A stretch of DNA of 37,234 bases. Source: a virus (taxonomy: Duplodnaviria; Caudoviricetes). The stretch spans positions 1 to 37,234 of the IMG/VR virus record IMGVR_UViG_3300025102_000100, one strand, 5' to 3'. A program made the position numbers and the translations under genes. Positions 19,281 through 25,678 of the stretch are shown piece after piece. Numbering within the stretch: position 1 is the first letter of the stretch; each line of letters opens with the position of its first letter. A model generated the notes under the pieces. That model searched no databases and was not told the DNA's origin. It saw nothing but the letters and a program-made list of their open reading frames with translations.

Positions 19281-19497
19281 TTAACAAACCTTTACCCGCT
19301 TGTGTTGTTGTGGTTTCCTTACCAAGACCAGTCGGTCCAGTCAGTATTGTCTGCTTTAATCCTACCTTATTTGGATCAGCTAACCTTTTTTGTGTCTGCA
19401 TCTTCACCGTTTTGTCTGGTCTTACTACCTTGTCCGGCTCGACGGCTGGAGTTGGTGGGGGTGGCGGTACAGGTGGCATTGATGGTGCTTGTTTCAT
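19264..19497 (-). CDS. Small Pro-rich virion protein (paralog of 18586-18870)
   Basis: 77 aa; PPVPPPPP, TILTGPTG, KGLLSG; coupled to the terL stop. Confidence 0.6.
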   Translation of the reverse strand: MKQAPSMPPVPPPPPTPAVEPDKVVRPDKTVKMQTQKRLADPNKVGLKQTILTGPTGLGKETTTTQAGKGLLSGSGN

Positions 19498-20774
19498 ACA
19501 TACGCTCCAAGTGGATTATAACTGTCTTCGGCCATCGCTTGCGGCGGTTGTGAATAGTCCCTATTCTCTCGGAATCCCACAGCAAGGTATCGATAGGCGT
19601 CTGCATAGTGGGACGCCCAAGAGTGGACTGGCGTCGTCCTAAATACCCTATTCTTCTCATTATATGCCCTATGATAGTGGCGTAACGCATCCAGCAGTTG
19701 TTTACAGTTCGCACGATCAAACCAGAGCCGTGAGAAAAATAACTTGCCCGCATGAATACCGTCTTCCAATGGCAGCTTTGGCACTACACGAAAATTCAAA
19801 CCAAGGTCATACGCTATCTCGCGTCGTGATTTTCCTGTGCCGAGTTCTCTTACTTCTATATCATGGGGTGCGTTATGTGTGCCGTATAGGTAGCCTTTTT
19901 GATCCAAGACCCTACAATAGTGCGGCAACCCCTCACCCCTGTTTTCATAACAATCAATAATATGAACTGCACGGCCAATAGTTTGGGTAAAAATTATACA
20001 CGTACTATCGTTGATACCTAAGTCCCACCATGTATCGACCCTTGTAGTCTCGTCATAAGGCACATCCGATATCTGGCCCTTACCCATAATTCCTTCTATC
20101 TCTTTTCCATAGATTGCTCCGGCTACGTTTGCCGTCCATGAGCATTCGAATTCCTGATTATACTGATCATCGGACATAGCAGCCTTTGCCGACTCAAGCT
20201 CCTCTTCATCGAGCAACCCTGTTTCGGATGCCTTGTATATAGCCGTTATCCAATGCTTATCGGCTTGTGCCGCTTCATACATATCATAAAAGGCATTCAT
20301 CCCCCTTGGAGTGCCCACTATCATTGCCCAGCCCTTACGATCCGATAAAGCTGGCCTTAATACTTCTGGAAACAAACTCTCCGGCATATCACTAAACTCG
20401 TCGGCACAGACTCCATCAAGGTAAATTCCACGAATAGCATGGACGTTTTCTGCTCCAAGCAATTGTATCCGTGCACCATTGGGTAAATCACAGCGCAGTT
20501 CCGTTTCGTGAAACCTAACTTTAGGAATCCCGCCCGCGAATGTTTTTAAATAATCCCAGGTTATCATCTTTGCCTGTCGATAGGTGGGCGCAATGTAGGC
20601 ATACCGGGGGTTCTCTTTTGTGTTGAGAACAGCATCCCTTAACAAGTGATTAATCGCCATGACTGTCTTGCCAAAGCGTCTATGACATACAACGACAGCC
20701 CATCTCTTCGTCTTTAACCTGGCGTGAAGCTCCTTCTGTAGGGGTCTAGGCGAGTATGGTATTGTTATTTCCAT
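19494..20774 (-). CDS. terL: Terminase large subunit
   Basis: YSPRPLQ (Q motif), HRRFGKT (Walker A), YIAPTYRQAK, VCADE (Walker B), GTPRG, WDLG..D and HWASHYADAYRY nuclease motifs. Confidence 0.97.
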   Translation of the reverse strand: MEITIPYSPRPLQKELHARLKTKRWAVVVCHRRFGKTVMAINHLLRDAVLNTKENPRYAYIAPTYRQAKMITWDYLKTFAGGIPKVRFHETELRCDLPNGARIQLLGAENVHAIRGIYLDGVCADEFSDMPESLFPEVLRPALSDRKGWAMIVGTPRGMNAFYDMYEAAQADKHWITAIYKASETGLLDEEELESAKAAMSDDQYNQEFECSWTANVAGAIYGKEIEGIMGKGQISDVPYDETTRVDTWWDLGINDSTCIIFTQTIGRAVHIIDCYENRGEGLPHYCRVLDQKGYLYGTHNAPHDIEVRELGTGKSRREIAYDLGLNFRVVPKLPLEDGIHAGKLFFSRLWFDRANCKQLLDALRHYHRAYNEKNRVFRTTPVHSWASHYADAYRYLAVGFRENRDYSQPPQAMAEDSYNPLGAYV

Positions 20775-20843
20775 GATTGACTTAGTGAGTGTTAGACACT
20801 CTGTTCCTTGGTTATTACGCTATAGCAGAGGGCGACCAGTTTT

Positions 20844-20960
20844 GGGGGTATAAGGGGGGTCTATAAACCCCACAGAATAGTAAAAGTAGGTACATTACCT
20901 ACAACCTACGCTAATAAAAACAATGACTTACGTTGTATTCTTACAAGTTTTCTTACAAAC
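20844..20960. promoter_or_regulatory. Candidate packaging-initiation (pac) region in the terS-terL spacer
   Basis: 257-bp non-coding gap with G-runs (gggggtataagggggg), ACCTACAACC, IHF-like CAATGACTTA and two TCTTACAA repeats. Confidence 0.4.
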
Positions 20961-21031
20961 CATGCAATAAGTTCAAGAAAAGGACTGATGGTGCTTCGCG
21001 TGTGAGCAGTGACAAGATACATCGAAAGCAC

Positions 21032-21424
21032 CTACTCATTCCAACTTAACTTGATCGTCCCACTAACATGAGGTGCTAGATCTTCAGGCTTATTACGAAT
21101 ACCTCCAAGTGGTTGCAACTGTCTCTTCCTCTTGTCCAATGCATCTACCTTAAGTCTCTTGTACTGTACTGTTGCCATTGCAATCTTAGGATCACTTGGT
21201 AATGGTTCGTTGATAATGTCCATTATACGGTCTTCTAAGTCCTCTCCTTGGATGGCTCTTGCTTTTGAGTACATTTCCCATGCTTTCTCGTCAGACTGCA
21301 CATGACGGTAAATTGTACGCTTAGACGGCAAATTATCCGTGTTGTCGCAAATCTGCGTCAAAGACTCTCCATCCATCAATCTGTTGCAAATCTGCTCCAT
21401 TTGCTCAACAGTGACCTTACTCAT
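21032..21424 (-). CDS. terS: Terminase small subunit
   Basis: ICNRLMDGESLTQIC...LPSKRTIYRH HTH, Y.KARAIQ, RLKVDA (Sf6 gp1-like pattern); upstream of terL. Confidence 0.85.
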   Translation of the reverse strand: MSKVTVEQMEQICNRLMDGESLTQICDNTDNLPSKRTIYRHVQSDEKAWEMYSKARAIQGEDLEDRIMDIINEPLPSDPKIAMATVQYKRLKVDALDKRKRQLQPLGGIRNKPEDLAPHVSGTIKLSWNE

Positions 21425-21425
21425 G

Positions 21426-21563
21426 CTATTTCTTCTTTTTCGGCTTGAAACCGCCCTTTTTAGCCTTCATCTTGGAATAAGTCTTCGGATCGACGGTTGA
21501 GTTCTTTTTTGACCTCGATGTACCCGCTTTCTTCCTGGCGTTCATATTTCTGTATAAACTCAT
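21426..21563 (-). CDS. Small Lys-rich protein (45 aa)
   Basis: Not in the ORF track: MSLYRNMNARKKAGTSRSKKNSTVDPKTYSKMKAKKGGFKPKKKK; GAGG RBS; fills the gap exactly. Confidence 0.75.
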   Translation of the reverse strand: MSLYRNMNARKKAGTSRSKKNSTVDPKTYSKMKAKKGGFKPKKKK

Positions 21564-21566
21564 AAT

Positions 21567-21692
21567 TTACCTCTTTTTCGCTGGTTTCTTGCCTGATTTC
21601 TTCTTAGCCGCAGCTATGATATCACCGCGTGTTATTTTGTTCTTATTGCCGTACATTGCAGCTAATTTCTTTTGTTTTGGCGTCTTTGGCAT
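21567..21692 (-). CDS. Small Lys-rich protein (41 aa)
   Basis: MPKTPKQKKLAAMYGNKNKITRGDIIAAAKKKSGKKPAKKR; AGGA RBS; starts next to the upstream stop. Confidence 0.7.
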   Translation of the reverse strand: MPKTPKQKKLAAMYGNKNKITRGDIIAAAKKKSGKKPAKKR

Positions 21693-21693
21693 C

Positions 21694-21969
21694 CTATTTC
21701 CTTTTTTTATTACGATTAGCAAAATTACGTGCAGCATCAACACTGCCAAACCCCCAGGCTTTGAGAGCCAGTGCTTTACGTGTTGGTTCTCCGTTTGGCT
21801 TCTTCATTGGCCCTTTCATTCCAGCAAATCGTGCAGCGAAAGATACCCGGCGAGGATTAGTACCAGATTTAACAGGTGCTTTGAGGTTAGAGCCCTCAGT
21901 ACGTTTAAAATGGGCTCGACCAGCCTTGTTTAGACCACCCTTGGGATTTTGATGTTTCTTTTTAACCAT
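21694..21969 (-). CDS. Small basic protein (91 aa; DUF6321-like)
   Basis: KHQNPKGGLNKAGR..LKAPV..RRVSFAARFAGMKGPMK..PTRKALALKAW; start moved to the internal ATG at 21969. Confidence 0.7.
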   Translation of the reverse strand: MVKKKHQNPKGGLNKAGRAHFKRTEGSNLKAPVKSGTNPRRVSFAARFAGMKGPMKKPNGEPTRKALALKAWGFGSVDAARNFANRNKKRK

Positions 21970-22071
21970 GATTGTAAAATGGTGGCCCTCTCGTCTAACT
22001 TTGCGAGTAAAAAAAGAGGACCATAGTTTGAAGGAAGTGTAATGAAAAATATCCGACGTACTTGTCGTCGA

Positions 22072-22110
22072 ATTATACAAATATTACGGACAATTTCGGT
22101 ACATTCAAAA
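22072..22110 (-). promoter_or_regulatory. Candidate late promoter (perfect TATAAT, no consensus -35)
   Basis: TATAAT at 22077-22072 upstream of the late operon, directly downstream of the putative regulator gene. Confidence 0.3.
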
Positions 22111-22151
22111 CATTATATCGCAATATAACGTAATTATCCTATCGAATAACG

Positions 22152-22556
22152 TCATAGCTTGTAGTAAAGACGCAGTAAAGCATCGACATAACGCTTTTTT
22201 ACAGTACGTGCATCGAGACGCATTTTACGTCCAATCTTTGCCCAAGATGGTCCTCGATCACGAAATGCAGCACTGTGAGCCGTTGCCCATATCAGTTGTT
22301 TGTCTTCTTTTGGCATACCTGTGTCGTTGAGAAGATCTATTGCCTGTTCAAAGCGTGTTATTTGTTGTGGAGTTGCTTTAGGTAATGAAGGTGCAAACTC
22401 TGTCCAGCCATAGCTTTGCCATGACTTTACATACTCTGGCCATGATGCCATCTTTTGCTTTTTGATTGCCGGGGGTAATTTGCGTTCGGTTTCGGCAGCT
22501 TCCATGAACAAGTCATCAAGAAACACCATACTCTTATATCGTGTATCCCTTTTCAT
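22152..22556 (-). CDS. Putative late-transcription regulator (DUF6362-like, C-terminal HTH)
   Basis: EAAETERKLP..WPEY, ATPQQITRFEQA, W.KIGRKM..D.RTVKKRY HTH; Q/late-activator position. Confidence 0.55.
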   Translation of the reverse strand: MKRDTRYKSMVFLDDLFMEAAETERKLPPAIKKQKMASWPEYVKSWQSYGWTEFAPSLPKATPQQITRFEQAIDLLNDTGMPKEDKQLIWATAHSAAFRDRGPSWAKIGRKMRLDARTVKKRYVDALLRLYYKL

Positions 22557-22557
22557 A

Positions 22558-22652
22558 GTACTACGTAGTACCTATGTACTAGTAAGTACAACAGTCTAAG
22601 TTTTATATACAGAGTTGTTTGGTATAAGCTAGTACAGTACAACGTTGTACTG
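22558..22652. repeat. GTAC-rich palindromic cluster (7 GTAC; perfect 14- and 18-bp palindromes)
   Basis: GTAC at 22558, 22568, 22576, 22586, 22632, 22637 and 22647; GTACTACGTAGTAC 22558-22571; CAGTACAACGTTGTACTG 22635-22652. Confidence 0.85.
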
Positions 22653-22663
22653 CGTCTTCGACG

Positions 22664-22693
22664 ATTGTAACGATGTATAAAAAATGCTGTCAA
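22664..22693 (-). promoter_or_regulatory. Sigma70-type promoter for the 22556 gene
   Basis: TTGACA-18 nt-TACAAT on the minus strand. Confidence 0.65.
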
Positions 22694-22744
22694 CACCTAA
22701 TATTGCTCCGTGTCTCTGTAGGGCATCCCATGTCTTTATGTTGC

Positions 22745-23071
22745 TTAACTTTCTTCATCGTCAATCATAATTCGCATTATTACCTCTGGTATATCCGGCA
22801 CAATCGCATTGCCTATTGCTTTCAATTTCTTGGCTCTGTCTGGTATGTCTGCTCCAACTCTGTCAATTCCAAGATCGAGCTCAGCCAGTGGCGTGGATAA
22901 CCCATCAGATAAGTGGCTACCCATTCTGGATTCAACTGGACTTTTGGATTCTTCTGCCGTCCACCGTCTTCGTTGATCACTTTCGTTGTCAAGCTTTCCT
23001 GTGATCCTTTCTTCCCCCTTGTCCTGTCTTGATACCCTAGTCGTGCTTCGTGGCTCACTGGTGTTGGCCAT
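22745..23071 (-). CDS. C5-cytosine methyltransferase C-terminal polypeptide (motif X)
   Basis: DRVGADIPDRAKKLKAIGNAIVP is motif X. Own RBS GAGGAG 7 nt before ATG. Same frame as the N-terminal part but separated by several stops. Confidence 0.75.
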   Translation of the reverse strand: MANTSEPRSTTRVSRQDKGEERITGKLDNESDQRRRWTAEESKSPVESRMGSHLSDGLSTPLAELDLGIDRVGADIPDRAKKLKAIGNAIVPDIPEVIMRIMIDDEES

Positions 23072-23934
23072 AACTTTTCTCCTCTTTCTCTCAATCCGGC
23101 TGCAATCATCACTTCTTCTTCTAGCACTTTGCCACCCTTGCCATTTGGTCTGCTTCCTCCACCAGTTCTAGGTGTTGGCCATAACTGCTCCTCTTTGTGT
23201 GCTTCTCTTACTGCTCCACCTAATGTTGTTCCCCTCTTCGTTCCTATTGTCTTACCCTTACCTCTTACTTGAGGATTGTCTTGTGTGGTTGGTGTAGGCC
23301 AAAACTTAACCTTATCTGCTAAATTTAAACTGTGATCGTTCTTGCCGTCTTTCGATATACGTCTGCCTTTTTCATTCAAAACAATGTTTTCATGCTCTAC
23401 GTCTTGTGTTGTAGGTGTGGGCCACATCCATTCTTTCATACGTGGTGGACGTAGTGTCGTGCCGTTCATCATCTGTTGTGCTTCTTCTTCGGTCATCTTG
23501 CCCTCTTCGACAAGACGCCTAAAGATCAATGTCTGACCCTCACTAGCATGGCCAAACCCCTTAGTCGTTGGCGTGGGGTACACGTTTTCGCTTGGCAATG
23601 ATCCAGACTCGTTTTCTTTCGTGGGCAAGCGTGACGGCACAAGCTGGAATATTAAATGTTGCGACTTCGTATTCCTTTTCCAAGTCAGAGCTCGTACGTT
23701 CGATTCCCATGGGAAGGTTAATAAATCCCGGCACATTCTCTCCAAGGACGAATTTTGGCTGGAGATCTGATATGACTCTAAACATTTCTGGCCAGAGATC
23801 ACGGTTTTTTGAATCCTTATGTCCTTCTCGCTTTCCGGCAACGGACCAAGGTTGACAAGGAAATCCTCCTGTAATGATCCACGGTCTTCCGTGTTCTCGA
23901 ATAAATCGAGTTGTGTCCAGTTGTCGTATGTCAT
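22822..23934 (-). CDS. Overprinted methyltransferase 'beta' polypeptide: WPTP-repeat (TRD-like) array plus motif IX-like segment
   Basis: 370-aa ORF in a different frame overlapping both MTase parts; five (Y/W)PTP repeats; LNPEWVATYLMGYPRHW resembles motif IX. Confidence 0.75.
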   Translation of the reverse strand: MTYDNWTQLDLFENTEDRGSLQEDFLVNLGPLPESEKDIRIQKTVISGQKCLESYQISSQNSSLERMCRDLLTFPWESNVRALTWKRNTKSQHLIFQLVPSRLPTKENESGSLPSENVYPTPTTKGFGHASEGQTLIFRRLVEEGKMTEEEAQQMMNGTTLRPPRMKEWMWPTPTTQDVEHENIVLNEKGRRISKDGKNDHSLNLADKVKFWPTPTTQDNPQVRGKGKTIGTKRGTTLGGAVREAHKEEQLWPTPRTGGGSRPNGKGGKVLEEEVMIAAGLRERGEKLWPTPVSHEARLGYQDRTRGKKGSQESLTTKVINEDGGRQKNPKVQLNPEWVATYLMGYPRHWLSSILELTELEQTYQTEPRN

Positions 23935-24085
23935 GGATAATCGGTACTTCCGGCCAGTGTTTGTTGAGAATAGTGTGGCAGTACGGATCGAACTCGCAAA
24001 AAGCTACTGTCTTGATCTTGCCAGTACGTCTTGCAGCCAACGCAAAGCCACCAATACCTGAGAATAGATCTAAATGTGTGTATAT
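23561..24085 (-). CDS. C5-cytosine methyltransferase N-terminal polypeptide (motifs I-VIII), apparent ATA start
   Basis: HLDLFSGIGG (I), CE.D (II), HDI (III), GGFPCQPWS (IV, catalytic Cys), ENV (VI), HERKRVWI (VIII). The ORF-track start 24040 cuts off motif I. Confidence 0.9.
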   Translation of the reverse strand: MYTHLDLFSGIGGFALAARRTGKIKTVAFCEFDPYCHTILNKHWPEVPIIHDIRQLDTTRFIREHGRPWIITGGFPCQPWSVAGKREGHKDSKNRDLWPEMFRVISDLQPKFVLGENVPGFINLPMGIERTSSDLEKEYEVATFNIPACAVTLAHERKRVWIIAKRKRVPHAND

Positions 24086-24086
24086 C

Positions 24087-24236
24087 TTATACTCCGAATA
24101 GCTTTCTTAATAACCTCTTCCACCAAGACAATGCCAGTTCCTCATGCCAAAATGACTGCTTGAACAGTTCATCGTTTTGTTTTTGCTCAACTGACGGCTC
24201 TTGCTTTGGCTCTTTTCTTTCTGTCTTTTGCGTCAT
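24087..24236 (-). CDS. Small protein (49 aa) with C-terminal amphipathic helix
   Basis: MTQKTERKEPKQEPSVEQKQNDELFKQSFWHEELALSWWKRLLRKLFGV; AAGGA RBS; not in the ORF track. Confidence 0.6.
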   Translation of the reverse strand: MTQKTERKEPKQEPSVEQKQNDELFKQSFWHEELALSWWKRLLRKLFGV

Positions 24237-24651
24237 CTATTTCCTTTTGTATTTGATTCTCAACTTGTAGAATGGTGTGTGCTTGTCCTTTGATAGTAAG
24301 TTTTAGATTAGGTATAGCTTGCAAAAATGCACTAACTTCATTGACAGACCTACATACGGCATACTCGCAACCTAACTCAAGAAGCAGTGTGCCCACGTTA
24401 CGTTGTTGCTCTGTAGGATAATTACCTGGTTGTTTGAGCTCAATAAACAATGGCGTAACACCCTTTATCAATATCATTAAGTCAGGAAACCCAGCCATCA
24501 TACCCAAAAGCTTTTGTTTGTGGAAATATTGGACTTTGTGGTTGCCCTCGTTTGGACTGTGATGCAGTATCTTACGATCAGGTAAAACAAGATCTAAGTA
24601 CCTTACAACGCTTTTCTGTAGATCTGTCTCACTACTGTATACACGTATCAC
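24187..24651 (-). CDS. VRR-NUC family nuclease (Holliday-junction resolvase-like)
   Basis: E..LQ, HSPNEG, G..AGFPDL, FIELK, QR and VCRS motifs. Confidence 0.85.
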   Translation of the reverse strand: MIRVYSSETDLQKSVVRYLDLVLPDRKILHHSPNEGNHKVQYFHKQKLLGMMAGFPDLMILIKGVTPLFIELKQPGNYPTEQQRNVGTLLLELGCEYAVCRSVNEVSAFLQAIPNLKLTIKGQAHTILQVENQIQKEIDDAKDRKKRAKARAVS

Positions 24652-24878
24652 TGATTATCTCTTTGGATGTAGAAGTCATTTGGTTGTACTTCGCCACGGG
24701 TGAGCTCCAAGATACGGCTCATGTATTTTGTTTCACCACGGTTACTAGGTATTAAGTAATTTTTATGATTTTGTGGCAAACACCACCGTCGAGCCATCTG
24801 TGCGTGTTTCGTTCCCAAGCGTTGTGCCAGTTGTCCGTAAGACCAACCTTTATTCAATCTATAGGCGTTTAACGTCAA
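24648..24878 (-). CDS. Cro-like HTH regulator
   Basis: MTLNAYR...WSYGQLAQRLG...ARRW and TRGEVQPNDFY; divergent from the repressor; GGAG RBS before TTG. Confidence 0.8.
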   Translation of the reverse strand: MTLNAYRLNKGWSYGQLAQRLGTKHAQMARRWCLPQNHKNYLIPSNRGETKYMSRILELTRGEVQPNDFYIQRDNQ

Positions 24879-24918
24879 CTTTTATCTCCAATCATTACTT
24901 TTTTTGTCATGTTAATAA

Positions 24919-24956
24919 ATTATATCTTGACGTTAGATGACAAGTCAATCTAGTGT
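24919..24956. promoter_or_regulatory. Overlapping divergent promoters of the genetic switch
   Basis: Minus strand TTGACT-18-TATAAT (24948-24919); plus strand TTGACG-18-TAGTGT (24927-24956); a 17-bp operator 24927-24943 overlaps both. Confidence 0.65.
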
Positions 24957-24985
24957 TAGTAAAAAAGCCTATCGGAAAGTGACAA

Positions 24986-25678
24986 ATGAATAGTATAATG
25001 CAGACAAATCTACCGTTGTTATTGAAAGACGATCATATGTCTGGTCATTTGTTAAAAAAGGCTATTGAGCGCAGAGGTGTTAAAAAGAAGCACATTGCAA
25101 TCAAAAAAGGAATTACACCGTCAACATTAGCACGGCAGTTGAGTGGTAAGCATAGCTTGTCACTAAGAGATATACGCGAATATTCTGAAATATTAGATTG
25201 TCCTTATGAAGAACTACTGCTTGATATAGCACCAGTTCGAATTTTGGGACACGTTAGCGAGATTTCGCGTGTTAATTTAGACGATGCTTCTAGTAAACCA
25301 AGGCATATAATGCCACCTTACTCTATTCCCAATAATTATGTTGGGTTGGAATCGTATAGCCAGAATCAAACTAATCTGTATCTATTTGATCAACGGCATA
25401 TGCATATGCAGACCATTGATCCTAGTTGCTACAAATCTATGTGCGTGATGAAGGTCACACAAAAGGGGTATGAAACTGGTCAAGCACAATTAACCAACGT
25501 GTCTTGGACACATCATGTTTTTCTTGGTTATGTCTATCCTGAACCCAATAATCTATACACAATGTCCAGTATAGCTTATCCAGGTTCACAATATATAAAC
25601 TTGGAGCTTGCATGGGCAGCACCAATACTTGCTTATCATTACAACCCTGCAACGCTAGGGTGGCAGTATGTTAAGTGA
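24986..25678 (+). CDS. CI-like repressor (XRE HTH N-terminus)
   Basis: LKKAIERRGV....IA...GITPSTLARQLSG HTH; divergent from cro. No clear S24 autoproteolysis catalytic residues seen. Confidence 0.75.
   Translation: MNSIMQTNLPLLLKDDHMSGHLLKKAIERRGVKKKHIAIKKGITPSTLARQLSGKHSLSLRDIREYSEILDCPYEELLLDIAPVRILGHVSEISRVNLDDASSKPRHIMPPYSIPNNYVGLESYSQNQTNLYLFDQRHMHMQTIDPSCYKSMCVMKVTQKGYETGQAQLTNVSWTHHVFLGYVYPEPNNLYTMSSIAYPGSQYINLELAWAAPILAYHYNPATLGWQYVK

Noticed and set aside
21970-22080. N-terminal extension of the 128-aa ORF (TTG start at 22080)
   Set aside because: The extension overlaps a TATAAT promoter-like element and lacks the basic composition of the rest; ATG at 21969 is more plausible.
23072-23563. 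Single stop-codon readthrough, recoded genetic code or an intron/intein joining the two alpha-frame MTase parts
   Set aside because: All three stop types occur in that frame immediately after 23563, other genes use the standard code, and the interval is fully explained by the open beta frame. No splicing-element features were seen.
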